DNA of 64,000 nt from an uncultured Poribacteria bacterium. GTDB taxonomy: Bacteria > Poribacteria > WGA-4E > WGA-3G. Both the position numbers and the translations under genes were made by a program. The notes under the pieces are model-generated. The model saw nothing but the letters and a program-made list of their open reading frames with translations. It made no database searches and had not been told where the DNA came from. The stretch lies in NCBI GenBank assembly GCA_951813565.1, contig OX638351.1, positions 5,024,001 to 5,088,000 of the forward strand. Reading direction: 5' to 3'. This document shows, piece after piece, positions 30,861-40,868 of the stretch. The first letter of the stretch is position 1. Each line of letters opens with the position of its first letter.

Positions 30861-31284
30861 CCTTATGCGTCAATTTAAGGATATACCCTCTTGTGGGAGC
30901 GAATCAACGCAGCATGCGCGTTTGGCATGCTGCCAAATCAACACCAAATGCGACGAGTGCCATACGCGCGCTCGGCGTTGATTCTGCTTTTTGGCATTTG
31001 TCCAAATCAACGCAGCATGCGCGTCCGGCATGCTGCCAAATCAACACCAAATGCGCTTTTTGGCATTTGTCGGGTTTTCAACCCCGATTTTCTTCTGTAG
31101 GAGCGACCTCCCGGTCGCGAGCTGGAGCTCCCTCCTACAGAATGTCCGAGGCGACAAGTCATGGCGAATACCAAGCGTATTCGCCCAAGTGCGCTTGGCG
31201 TTGATTTGGCAATGAATTGCGCGACTACAAACGCTTTTTTTCTTAAATTGACAGTTATGGAGCGGTTAGGAAACCGCTCCTACC
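30861..31284. repeat. Composite nested repeat: MITE-like TIRs (GTCAATTTAAG / CTTAAATTGAC) enclosing REPs invaded by six AATCAAC-hairpin micro-units
   Basis: Units at 30900-30933, 30934-31002 (with 30952-30985 nested), 31003-31036, 31037-31071 and 31153-31208. Confidence 0.8.
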
Positions 31285-31361
31285 GTCCGGAAAATGCGAT
31301 AAATCCCATTAATTTGGTATTATTTGGGTTCAAATCAGAATACTATAAAGGAGACATTTTT

Positions 31362-32399
31362 ATGTATAAAAGTGCGATGTTAGGGTGTGGTGGTCGTGCC
31401 CGTGCGCATGCCGATGCCTATCGCTTTGTGAAAGGTGGTAAACTCGCAGCAATCTGCGATATGAATGAGGAATTGCTCAACAGATTCGGAGATGACTTCG
31501 GTATCTCTTCACGCTATACAGACTTAGATGAGATGCTTGAGAAAGAGAAACCAGATGTCCTTCATATCGTCACGGCACCAGTGCTACGTGGTTCCAATGA
31601 GCGTATTCGGTATCCGCTAATGAAGCAAGCATCTGATCACGGTGTGCCAGCAGCGATTGTGGAGAAACCGATTGCCGTTGAAAGCGAGGACTGGAAACAG
31701 ATAGCCGGATTGGCAGAAGAGACTAAAACGAAGTTTGTTGTCAACACGCAGCTTAACTTTCATCCACAAAATCTTGAATTGAAACGGGATGTTGCAGAGG
31801 GCAAAATCGGTGAAATAAAGTTTATTGATGCAAGTGCGCGCAGCACACCCGTTGACCAAGGACCGCACGTCCTTCAGTTAGTGTCATCCTATATTGACAA
31901 TTCACGTCCAGTTAGGGTATTAGGACAAATTTCTGGCGGTGCACATTTAGATTCTGCACAGCCATCTCCGCAATACGCCGCAGCACGAGTCCAATACGAG
32001 AACGGACTGCATGTCTCTGTCGCATTTGGAACAGCCATCGCGCCCTCTGCATCCGATGATCAAACTGTTTTCTTCCACAAACGCGTTTTTGTTATCGGCA
32101 CAGATGGATTTGTACATTGGCGATTCAGTAGTTGGGAACGTTCAACTCGAGAGGGTGGCTATGAAGGTGGTCCACTCAGCTATGGTGAACAAGATGTTGA
32201 AGCACAAGGTAATCTCACCAACGCTGTTTTTGACTGGCTTGATGATGAAAACAAAGTACATCCGACTCATCTCAAGCAATCGTTGGCGGAGTTCAATCTG
32301 CTTTTAGGTATATACTATAGCGGCATCACAAACGAGGTAATTGAACTACCGTTTGATCCGCCAGATGGGTTGATGGATATGCTTAGAGAAAGGTTATAA
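31362..32399 (+). CDS. Gfo/Idh/MocA oxidoreductase, tandem paralog 5 of 5
   Basis: Start set at MYKSAM by homology and AAGGAG RBS. Confidence 0.9.
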   Translation: MYKSAMLGCGGRARAHADAYRFVKGGKLAAICDMNEELLNRFGDDFGISSRYTDLDEMLEKEKPDVLHIVTAPVLRGSNERIRYPLMKQASDHGVPAAIVEKPIAVESEDWKQIAGLAEETKTKFVVNTQLNFHPQNLELKRDVAEGKIGEIKFIDASARSTPVDQGPHVLQLVSSYIDNSRPVRVLGQISGGAHLDSAQPSPQYAAARVQYENGLHVSVAFGTAIAPSASDDQTVFFHKRVFVIGTDGFVHWRFSSWERSTREGGYEGGPLSYGEQDVEAQGNLTNAVFDWLDDENKVHPTHLKQSLAEFNLLLGIYYSGITNEVIELPFDPPDGLMDMLRERL

Positions 32400-32467
32400 A
32401 ATTGGTGTGTCCGTAGTTTTATTAAATTGCTTTATAGAGAAACTTATGGTAAATGGAGGAATAATAA

Positions 32468-33202
32468 GTGCCCATTTCAAGAATATTCTGGTTCGTTTCA
32501 GTCCTTATCCTATTTAGCGTTGCAAGTTTCACCACAAATGCTGAATTAGTCGGCTATTGGTCATTTGATAAAGAAGATGGAGTTACTGACCTGACTGGAA
32601 ACGGTCACGATGGCGTTATACACGGAAATCCAGAGTTCGTAGAAGGTAAGATTGGTGAGGCATTAGAATTCAACGGCGCTACTGACTACGTCGCGATCCC
32701 CGATCACAAAGCAATTTCAGAATTGGAAGCATTGTCTATGGCCGCATGGATTCAACCCAAAAAGCTCGGCGCGTGGGTAGCAGTTTTAGAAAAAGGTATC
32801 CATCTAAACTGGAGTTACGGCTTCTTCATTGAACCGGATGGCACGCTCTCGTTTGAGGTTTCTACTGGTCCCGCTAATAATCTGGTCTGCTGTGTTGGCA
32901 ATGTCGCGCTTAAGATTGATCAATGGTATCATATCTTCGGCTCTTATGATGGGAAGTCGGTAAAGGCTTATGTTGACGGTAAGTTGGAAGGCGAAATGGC
33001 GGGTAATGATGCTGTTCACATAACCGAAGGATTACCCTTTACCATCGGCAGCAGAAACGGACAAAACTTCTTTGCTGGTGTTGTTGACGAAGTTGCATTT
33101 TGGGACGAGGCAATCACTGTTGAGGAATCCATGAACCCATCACCTGTCCAACCAAAGGGTAAACTAACAACCACCTGGGGTAAGTTAAAAACTCGGCACT
33201 AA
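32468..33202 (+). CDS. Secreted LamG-like jellyroll protein
   Basis: Signal peptide, LVGYWSFD, ALEFNG, VDEVAFW, C-terminal VQPKGKLTTTWGKLK. Confidence 0.88.
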   Translation: MPISRIFWFVSVLILFSVASFTTNAELVGYWSFDKEDGVTDLTGNGHDGVIHGNPEFVEGKIGEALEFNGATDYVAIPDHKAISELEALSMAAWIQPKKLGAWVAVLEKGIHLNWSYGFFIEPDGTLSFEVSTGPANNLVCCVGNVALKIDQWYHIFGSYDGKSVKAYVDGKLEGEMAGNDAVHITEGLPFTIGSRNGQNFFAGVVDEVAFWDEAITVEESMNPSPVQPKGKLTTTWGKLKTRH

Positions 33203-33207
33203 AAACG

Positions 33208-34059
33208 ATGCAAACCAATTCTGAAAAATTTGCTGAAGATGGCTACTTTGTCGTGGAAGCGGCTCTGAACACGGAGGATTTGGCACCGCTAATTGCTGTT
33301 ATTTCTGACGTTGTTGACAGACGGGCACACGAATTATTCAACGCTGGGACAATCTCAGATGTTTATGAAAACATGCCTTTTGAACGCCGCTGGTCCGCTA
33401 TCCTTCAGGAATGCGGTAGAGAGAATGAGGTATTTGGGTGGCATACACTCGTTTTTAGTGAGGCACTCTTTGATCTAATTACACATCCAAAAGTATTAGA
33501 TGTTGTAGAAACGCTTATAGGTTGTGAGATCCAATTCAACGGTGACTTTTGGGTGCGACCAAAATTGCCCAATGAAAAACTCACGACACTTCCTTGGCAT
33601 CAAGACAGTGCCTATATGCCAGATACAGAAAACGATATACACCTGACAGTGTGGCTGCCCTTAGTAGATGTGCAGACAGAAAACGGTGCGCTGCAATTTT
33701 TGCCCGGAAGCCACACTGCCGGGTTACAAACCTATCACCGTGTTGAAGGTGAGGCGTTCGCCGTCCCAGTACTACCTCCGACGTCATCTCACACCAACAT
33801 AGACACATTAGAAATGAAGAAAGGCGACCTGCTGATTTTTAACAATCTGGTGTTTCACCGTTCTTTGCTGAACCGTAGCGATACCATTCGTTGGTCAGTT
33901 GATTTTCGGTACAGTCGGACAGGCACATCGCTGGATGGACTCTGGCACGAAGCAATTGCATGTCCGGCTCGTGACTGTAACAGCAGGGAGTGTCCAACAT
34001 CATGGAATGCTTGGCATGCGCAATGGGAAGCAAGTCCCCACAAGGAAAAGTTTGTTTAA
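33208..34059 (+). CDS. Phytanoyl-CoA dioxygenase-family Fe(II)/2OG oxygenase
   Basis: PWHQD, VWLPLVD, NGALQFLPGSH, HRS..N.SD.IR. Confidence 0.9.
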   Translation: MQTNSEKFAEDGYFVVEAALNTEDLAPLIAVISDVVDRRAHELFNAGTISDVYENMPFERRWSAILQECGRENEVFGWHTLVFSEALFDLITHPKVLDVVETLIGCEIQFNGDFWVRPKLPNEKLTTLPWHQDSAYMPDTENDIHLTVWLPLVDVQTENGALQFLPGSHTAGLQTYHRVEGEAFAVPVLPPTSSHTNIDTLEMKKGDLLIFNNLVFHRSLLNRSDTIRWSVDFRYSRTGTSLDGLWHEAIACPARDCNSRECPTSWNAWHAQWEASPHKEKFV

Positions 34060-34970
34060 TCTCCTGACTGCGTTGAAAAAGTCTCTCTGCGCCGTAAGTC
34101 TTCAATAGCTGCTTTTCTCATTTCTTGATGACGCGGAGCGCCTGCTACTCCTGGTGCTGCGGCATGCGGCTTAAAGATGTAAATTCTGACCACTTTGTTG
34201 TCAACATCATAAGTAAATAAAATTCCTCTTTTCCAATACCAATGCTTTTTCTCACCATGGATAAGAGGCTTTTCTTCTTCGGCATTTCCAAACTCCTTCT
34301 CTACTTGTTCGAGTGTATTTCCAATACCGTTCCTTCCCCGCGTTTTTGCTTTATTAGGTCTTCTCACGAAAATACTCTCAACAAGACCTATACCGTCAAC
34401 AAAACCGGATAACCCTTTGTCAGGATCCCAATATGAAAAAAAACGATTTACGCCAAGGGGACCATCCGGATCTCCATGAAGATCTCTAACATTTTTAAAC
34501 GGATCCCCTAACTTTATGCCAGCGGCACTCCTGCCAGGTACAATAAGATTTATTTGCGGAGGGTCAGGGTCTGGTACGATCTCTTCTATAGGATCTGGTG
34601 GGACGAATTTCAAGTTAGCAATTTTTTTTACCCTTTTTGTTGATTTGGTCACACCATCGCTCACAATCACCGTCACTGCAACCGACTCAACATCGGGAGG
34701 TGCAGTCCATTTAACGCTCACTCCCGTCGTTGAACTTAGTCTTCCTGCACTCACTGTCCATGTATAAGTCAATGGGTCGCCATCTTCATCATAAGCAAGG
34801 ACCTTGAATTCAAGAATATCTCCAGGGTTGAATTCCGTGGGAACAATAAAAGTGTCAACAGTGGGCGAGTTATTGGCTGGTTCATCACTATCGTCCGAAC
34901 CACAACCAGCAATGTAAAAGCTGATCAGGCATGCCATAACAAGACTTAAAATACGATATTTATTTTTCAT
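34056..34970 (-). CDS. Lipoprotein with PKD/Ig-like domain
   Basis: Lipobox IAGC, DEDGDPLTYTW. Confidence 0.7.
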   Translation of the reverse strand: MKNKYRILSLVMACLISFYIAGCGSDDSDEPANNSPTVDTFIVPTEFNPGDILEFKVLAYDEDGDPLTYTWTVSAGRLSSTTGVSVKWTAPPDVESVAVTVIVSDGVTKSTKRVKKIANLKFVPPDPIEEIVPDPDPPQINLIVPGRSAAGIKLGDPFKNVRDLHGDPDGPLGVNRFFSYWDPDKGLSGFVDGIGLVESIFVRRPNKAKTRGRNGIGNTLEQVEKEFGNAEEEKPLIHGEKKHWYWKRGILFTYDVDNKVVRIYIFKPHAAAPGVAGAPRHQEMRKAAIEDLRRRETFSTQSGD

Positions 34971-34980
34971 TTTTATCTCC

Positions 34981-35958
34981 TTAAAATTCTGTAGTTTCTC
35001 CTGTTTTTAAAACAACATAGCTACGGTAACGTTCCGGGTGTATATCCCCAGATTCAACTGCACTTTGAATAACACAGTCTGACTCTTTGACGTGAGCACA
35101 ATCATTATATCTACATGTACCAAGAAAAGGTTCCATCTCTGGGAAAAAATGTTCCAGATTTTCTGTATCAACACCCCATAACCCGACTTCACGGATGCCG
35201 GGTGTGTCTGCGACTTCGCCACCAATCTCAAGTGAGAACAACTCTACGAGCGTTGTGGTGTGTCTACCTTTTCGTGTTTTTTGACCGACTTCCCCAATTC
35301 GTAATTTTAGGTTTGGTTGAATAGCATTTAGAAGACTTGATTTTCCTACACCGGATGCGCCTACAATCACACTGAATTTATCTCTTAGTGCATCCCGCAG
35401 GGATTCAAGGGTAGTAGGCGTATTTATGCTCGTGTATAATACGTGGTAGCCGAGTTTCTCGTAGACTTCAAAAGTAGATGTAAGTTCCTCACGTTGTGTT
35501 GCATCTATCAAGTCCATTTTATTTAAGCAGATAACAGCTGCCATGTCTCCTGCCTCTGCTAAAATTAGGAAACGATCCAGTGTCCGAAAATTGAGAGGCG
35601 GCATACGCGTTGAGACAACAGCTACTACCTGATCCGCATTGGCGACAATAATCTGCTCAATATCTTCATGCTTTCCCGCGTATTGCCGTGAAAATTTCGT
35701 TTGGCGCGGAAGTATCTCCTCAACGACCCCCTCTTCTAAATCAAGTTGAGTGAAAATAACCTGGTCCCCAACAGCGACTGGGTCAGCGTAAAGTCTTCGT
35801 CCTGTTTCGGAACGCCGTTTCCTTTTTAAGGTGCCGCGTAATGTGCATCGCAGAACAAGTTCACCGTACTGAACATCGTAAAATCCTGTTCGTGCCCGGA
35901 TGACTCTGCCTTGTTCACGGGTAAGAATAAACGCCACCTCCCAATAGATTTTGTGCAA
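34981..35958 (-). CDS. rsgA: Ribosome small subunit-dependent GTPase A (start uncertain)
   Basis: AVGD.V OB fold, NKMD, GASGVGKSS, GRHTTT, DTPG, C-terminal C-x4-C-x-H-x5-C. Confidence 0.95.
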   Translation of the reverse strand: MHKIYWEVAFILTREQGRVIRARTGFYDVQYGELVLRCTLRGTLKRKRRSETGRRLYADPVAVGDQVIFTQLDLEEGVVEEILPRQTKFSRQYAGKHEDIEQIIVANADQVVAVVSTRMPPLNFRTLDRFLILAEAGDMAAVICLNKMDLIDATQREELTSTFEVYEKLGYHVLYTSINTPTTLESLRDALRDKFSVIVGASGVGKSSLLNAIQPNLKLRIGEVGQKTRKGRHTTTLVELFSLEIGGEVADTPGIREVGLWGVDTENLEHFFPEMEPFLGTCRYNDCAHVKESDCVIQSAVESGDIHPERYRSYVVLKTGETTEF

Positions 35959-36060
35959 AATAAAACTTTTTGGATAAGTCGCAACTCACAGTATCCAAAT
36001 GCATTGATTGTATATTATACCATTTCTGAAAAATAACTTCTCATTTTCAAATTATCTGTT

Positions 36061-36167
36061 CGTAGTCGCGCAATTCATTGCCAAATCAACGCCAAGCGCA
36101 CTTGGGCGAATACGCCAAATCAACGGTCCGAATGCCTTTTGGCATTCCCCGGAGACCCGCCCCTACA
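36061..36167. repeat. REP-like palindrome carrying two AATCAAC micro-units (36082-36115, 36116-36150)
   Basis: Shares units with 31153-31208, 22142-22176 and 40909-40943. Confidence 0.75.
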
Positions 36168-36230
36168 ATAGGAGTTGTGCGGATTTCTACAAAAACTTTA
36201 CACACCCAATTGGTATTAGATCGTTGACTT

Positions 36231-36998
36231 CTAAACATACTTCCTCAATGTTTTCAAGGTTGTTTCACTATCTTCGTGAAAATTGTCAAATTTGCACTCA
36301 CAGGAGACACGTCCATCGTAACCTGCTTTTTGGAGTGCGGTAAAGAAGTCTGTAAAATCAAAGTCATCGTTCCCCGGATAAGAGCGTTTTACAGGTTCAG
36401 CGATATGAACATGTGCTAACCATTCTGCAGCATCAACAATGTTTTGCATCGGTTCGTCTTCCTGCCAAACGTGATATAAGTCAGCCAATACCTTAATTCC
36501 TTTTCGGTTGACACGTTTTGCCATCGCCAGTCCGTCAGCAACAGTGCGTAATACGTTCCCTTCTTTCATGCAGATTGGTTCAATGACAATTATAATGCCG
36601 TGTGCTTCTGCATGGTCGGCAGCCATATCAAGAAATTCTGCAATCTGTGCTAATGCCCGTTCCTCTGAATAACCTTCCCCAACGTTCCGAGAACCGCTGC
36701 TGCCATAAACGATAATCTCTCCGCCAATTTCACTGGCTCTGCGGCATGCAGTTTCCACATACCGAGATAAACGTCCAAAATCCACCGCGTCACCGACAAC
36801 GCGCAGGTCTCTGGGGATAAATCCGGCGTACGCCTCAGGTTTTAAGGGCGCTTCTGCCACCTGCTCTCTAATCTTTTGGAATTCGGCTTCATCTGCTTCC
36901 GGCATAAGTGCACTTCGCACCCCTAATTCAATATAGTCGTATCCAACTTCCGCGAGTCTATCAACATTTTCTAAACCGGTACAAATCCCAAATCGCAT
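36231..36998 (-). CDS. Sugar phosphate isomerase/epimerase (AP endonuclease 2 TIM barrel)
   Basis: GYDYIEL, VIEP, ADLYH, HVHIAE, GYDG.VS.E. Confidence 0.88.
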   Translation of the reverse strand: MRFGICTGLENVDRLAEVGYDYIELGVRSALMPEADEAEFQKIREQVAEAPLKPEAYAGFIPRDLRVVGDAVDFGRLSRYVETACRRASEIGGEIIVYGSSGSRNVGEGYSEERALAQIAEFLDMAADHAEAHGIIIVIEPICMKEGNVLRTVADGLAMAKRVNRKGIKVLADLYHVWQEDEPMQNIVDAAEWLAHVHIAEPVKRSYPGNDDFDFTDFFTALQKAGYDGRVSCECKFDNFHEDSETTLKTLRKYV

Positions 36999-37067
36999 GA
37001 AATCGCTCCTTTATAAAGGCATGGTCGGTCCTGTCTATTACCAAAGCACCAAAGCACCAATATACGT

Positions 37068-37415
37068 TTAAATATTAGGGATAAAAAAACGTATTACAGT
37101 TTCAATTATAGAAATTAACACTGCCGCGAAGAGTGTGTTTAAGAACCCGTCAATTTCAAATCCATCAACCAATTTATTGGTAATCCAAAGTAGGAAGGCG
37201 TTGATGACAAAATAGAAGAGTCCCAATGTTAAAATTATAAAAGGAAGTGACAAAAATACCAAAATTCCGGTGAAGAGAAACTTGAAAATCCCATATACAA
37301 GCGCAACGCCCACTGCAGTTGCACACCCTTTAACTCGGACAGCAGGCAAAATATATGTCACTATCAAAACCGAAGCACTCAGGACCAGTAGGTTCAAAAT
37401 CCAATTTATTAGCAT
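37068..37415 (-). CDS. YvlD/Phage_holin_4_2-family membrane protein
   Basis: LPFIILTLGLFYFVINAFLLW..LVDGFEIDGF. Confidence 0.85.
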   Translation of the reverse strand: MLINWILNLLVLSASVLIVTYILPAVRVKGCATAVGVALVYGIFKFLFTGILVFLSLPFIILTLGLFYFVINAFLLWITNKLVDGFEIDGFLNTLFAAVLISIIETVIRFFIPNI

Positions 37416-37504
37416 TTTAAATTCTCCTATACATGTTTGAAAGGAAGTATCTGATAATGTTGGGTCATAAATGCTATTAGATTAAAAGTGCGGTGCTGCA
37501 CGAA

Positions 37505-38308
37505 TCACTTTCCGAAGCGGCGTTTACGATGGCTATAGTCACGCAAAGCACGGAGAAAGTCGATTTTTCGAAACGAGGGCCAATAGGTATCGCAAAAATA
37601 GAATTCTGAATAGACACTCTGCCACAACAAAAAACCAGACAGACGCACTTCGCCACTCGTGCGAATAATCAGTTCTGGGTCAGGCAGATTAGAAGTATAT
37701 AAATATGGCGCGATTTTGTCAACACTCAATTCTTCCGCAATTTGATTAGCATCTTTTCCATCCCGGATTTCTGCTTTTAGATGTCCTCGAAATGCTTCAA
37801 TTATTTCCTCTCGACCGCCATAAGCGACAGCAACATTCAGAATAAACTTGTCATAGTTTTTCGTCGCTTCTTCTGCTTCCCGAATTGCTTCTTGAAGACT
37901 TTGCGGCAGCTGTTCAATTTGTCCCATGGCACGCACTTTAATCTGATTGGCATGCAGCCCTTTAATCGTGACCAATTCACGCATTTTTCTTTCTATCAAT
38001 CCCAAGATTCCTTCAACTTCATCATCTGCGCGTTTGAAGTTATCCAGTGAGAAAATCCATATTGAAAAGATTTCAACACCGAGTTCATCGCACCAATGAA
38101 GAACTTCTTCAAGTTTATCAGCACCTTCATAATGTCCTTTTATTATGTTGTCCAACCCACTGGCTTTGGCGTAGCGGCGGTTTCCATCAAGAATAACACC
38201 TATATGGCGCGGAATATTCCACGTACCTGCTTCCGCTTCTAACCGTTTTTGATACGCGTTGTAAAACCTTCTTTCAACTTGATTTTTTAGGAACTTGAGT
38301 GGATTCAT
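37505..38308 (-). CDS. uppS: cis-Isoprenyl transferase (UppS family)
   Basis: PRHIGVILDGNRR, FS.DNF.R, YGGR.EI, IRTSGE.RLSGFLLWQ. Confidence 0.9.
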   Translation of the reverse strand: MNPLKFLKNQVERRFYNAYQKRLEAEAGTWNIPRHIGVILDGNRRYAKASGLDNIIKGHYEGADKLEEVLHWCDELGVEIFSIWIFSLDNFKRADDEVEGILGLIERKMRELVTIKGLHANQIKVRAMGQIEQLPQSLQEAIREAEEATKNYDKFILNVAVAYGGREEIIEAFRGHLKAEIRDGKDANQIAEELSVDKIAPYLYTSNLPDPELIIRTSGEVRLSGFLLWQSVYSEFYFCDTYWPSFRKIDFLRALRDYSHRKRRFGK

Positions 38309-38560
38309 GTGTTTCCCTTTGTAAAACGACTCCGATTTGCTAATTACCGACTTTTGACTTCGGTTTTCAAATAGGTATATTAAAAAATAGGTCAGTGAAG
38401 ATGCAATACCAATTATGATGTTTTTCAATTATATTTCAATTATACCATGAAAACCTTGTTAAGAAAATAGAAACTAATTTCTAAAACAACAAGGGTGAGA
38501 ATATATTGAAAAATGTCCAATTTCCTCAAATTTTAGTTTTTTCAATTTATAAATTTATAC

Positions 38561-38589
38561 TTGACTTTTTCTGTGGTCTTTTGTATAAT
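38561..38589 (+). promoter_or_regulatory. Sigma70-type promoter TTGACT-N17-TATAAT
   Basis: Near-consensus hexamers upstream of a structured leader and 38767. Confidence 0.7.
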
Positions 38590-38594
38590 ACTTA

Positions 38595-38720
38595 TAACGA
38601 CCAAACAAACGTTTCACATGGGTACCCTTGTTCTAAAATTATATTTTGAACGTTTGGCTTGGTCGCCGGGGGTGCCCCAACTTTTTGCAATAGGGGGCAC
38701 CACAGGCGACGAAGCCGCCA
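38595..38720 (+). promoter_or_regulatory. Structured 5' leader with two alternative stems
   Basis: 38620-38630 can pair with 38667-38677; alternatively a long hairpin forms over 38657-38715. Confidence 0.55.
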
Positions 38721-38766
38721 CACAATATGCAAGTGTGGCAAATGATAATTTTATAGGAGGTTATTA

Positions 38767-39450
38767 ATGATACGTAACATCCTACCTTACAAATGGATTA
38801 TAGGGGGGATAGTCCTTCTGATAATCATCGCCAGTGCATGTTACTTATGGTACCAACATGACACGGCACCTTATAGGCAAGAAGCAGCTGATGCCGAACA
38901 ATTGCTACGCCAATCGGAGATAGAAAAATCCGAGAAAAGCAAGGTAGCAGAACAGGCATCCGATGCACCTGCGGAAAGCAACACGCCAACCGCAGAGAAA
39001 CCTATAACTAACGAAGTAACCAACGACGATGAAGTCGCAACCGCAGAGAAACCGCAGATGTCCCCCTTCGGACTTGGTCCTTTGCCTGAAATACCGAAAG
39101 AATGGGACGCGCCATATCTGTGGAAAAACTGCGACGATATTGAAGATGAATTACTGACACGCGTGATCATAAAAATGCATCATGATGGCATACGCGATAA
39201 GTATAGTAGTGTCGGTATAGATCACGCCACAGGACTTGTCATACCAGTTGAATATGGCACTGTTCTTGTTTATTATGAAACCGATGAAAACGGTGAGCAA
39301 AGAATATGGAGCGTAAGCGGACATCCTGCTGACGTTCCACATGGCACTATTTACACACGTGCCAGTGAAATTCCTTCACATCTAAAGATTGTCACCGAAG
39401 AAGAGATAGCGATTGACCCTTATGAATATTTGGGTCTACAAAAACCGTAG
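38767..39450 (+). CDS. Hypothetical membrane-anchored protein
   Basis: AGGAGG RBS, N-terminal TM helix, low-complexity linker, SPFGLGP.PEIP motif. Confidence 0.75.
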   Translation: MIRNILPYKWIIGGIVLLIIIASACYLWYQHDTAPYRQEAADAEQLLRQSEIEKSEKSKVAEQASDAPAESNTPTAEKPITNEVTNDDEVATAEKPQMSPFGLGPLPEIPKEWDAPYLWKNCDDIEDELLTRVIIKMHHDGIRDKYSSVGIDHATGLVIPVEYGTVLVYYETDENGEQRIWSVSGHPADVPHGTIYTRASEIPSHLKIVTEEEIAIDPYEYLGLQKP

Positions 39451-39464
39451 GAGGTTTTATTATC

Positions 39465-40268
39465 ATGAAAAAAGTAGTAGTTTTCTTAACAATAGCGATT
39501 TTCATTGGCATGATCGCCTATGTCGCATATTCTAATTCTAATCGTCGTTCATCCTGGGTCTATTTAGACATCAATTCAACGTATGGTTCTGCTTATAATC
39601 CACCAACTTTTAGAGCTAAAGGATGTTTCGGCTCCGATAGCGAGGGTCCGTTGTATAGCTCAGGGGATTCATCTGTCAGCTATACGGATGATGGATACGA
39701 CCGCACTACCGGGCTTAACAATACCGAAGCATTTGCTTATCCAGCAGGAGCTGAGGGGGCACTCAATGAAATATTGGATGCCGGTCATTACTTTGAGAAT
39801 AATCTGGTATTAGAGGATGCTGAGGGTACTCTAACTGATGTTGTAGGTTTTTTGGCTAATGAGGATTTTAAAATATATAGAGCAAAGACCTATAATAGGA
39901 AATTTGCAGTGAGTGCTGACGCCTATGTTTCTTGTTGGACAGATAATGCTAACTACAAAACAGAGTATAACCTATATGCCCAAGTGCCAGCAGGTTTTTA
40001 ATACCCAAATTATCGGAAGATAGGGCCTATAACGAAATATGGTTCATTCTCTCGTTCTACCTCACGCAGCGGCGATAAAGATGGGTGGGATCATGAAATC
40101 AGCACGAACCCGAATGGGCAAGCTTCTGCCTCTGGAACGAATCCATCAGATGGGACGACGCATAACACATCTGCTTTCACACCCACGCCGGGCAGTGCGA
40201 ATGAATTAACTATCAACTGTGGTTTCTGTGATGACTCTGGGTGTGATGTCTGTAATCCGCACAGATAA
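39465..40268 (+). pseudogene. Secreted hypothetical protein with in-frame TAA at 39999-40001 and Cys-rich C-terminus
   Basis: Same frame stays open for 88 more codons to CGFCDDSGCDVCNPHR*, and a terminator follows. Confidence 0.7.
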
Positions 40269-40291
40269 TCACATAAACAAACCTATCAACC

Positions 40292-40330
40292 AATAGGCAG
40301 GTATCCGTTTTGGATATCTGCCTATTTCTT
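40292..40330 (+). terminator. Rho-independent terminator
   Basis: AATAGGCAGGTATCC-GTTTT-GGATATCTGCCTATT followed by a T-rich tract. Confidence 0.75.
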
Positions 40331-40868
40331 ATTTTCACATACCTGTTATAAAAATGCTCAGATTCCCCACAGGCGCGTTTTATGATACCTTATAAACTCC
40401 ACCGGCATACAATACGATTTTTGCATTGACGTATTTTGGCAACCTACTGTCAAGTTAACCTGAGATATCGAAGTTAAAAAGCTGCGGAATACCAAACGTG
40501 TATTTTAACGTGAGTTTGATAAATCCCGTAGGGAATCAACACCTTATTTTCCTCGTTAACATCAAAAACCATATCTTCTATATCGGAAATGTTTACAACT
40601 TTCAATTGATCTTGATAGTGTTAACTTAAAGTTATTCACACTAAATATTAGGCTTAAAGTGTATCAGATATTAGGTAAAAAATCAACATTAACCACAGAT
40701 TATCTCAACACAAAATTCAGAACTGAAATATAGTCAGTTTTACAAAAAATCTTGAATTTCGGGCAGGCATGCCGTATACTATTTATATGAGGGATGTGCA
40801 TAAATATTGGCGCATCAACACAGACAGGGACAGACGCCAGGTGCCGCTTGATTTATAGAAATGCGTTT

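Noticed and set aside
30900..31071. Periodic ~34-bp units as a CRISPR or TIGR-like guide array
   Set aside because: The constant part is only ~9 bp, the 'spacers' are self-complementary and recur, units nest and invert, and no cas or Nop-domain gene is in the window
30839..31361. Short ORFs and the 67-aa N-terminal extension of 31161..32399
   Set aside because: They are translated repeats; paralogs and the RBS place the start at 31362
26080..32399. Diversity-generating retroelement behind the variable loop
   Set aside because: No reverse transcriptase or non-coding template repeat seen; differences are spread over full-length paralogs
37041..37060. CCAAAGCA tandem repeat
   Set aside because: Only ~2.5 copies, intergenic, no evidence of function
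37068..37415. Prophage implied by a holin-family gene
   Set aside because: YvlD-type proteins are commonly chromosomal and no phage genes are nearby
2494..40001. Stop-codon reassignment suggested by two in-frame TAA codons
   Set aside because: TAA terminates many clearly complete genes here; nonsense mutation is simpler
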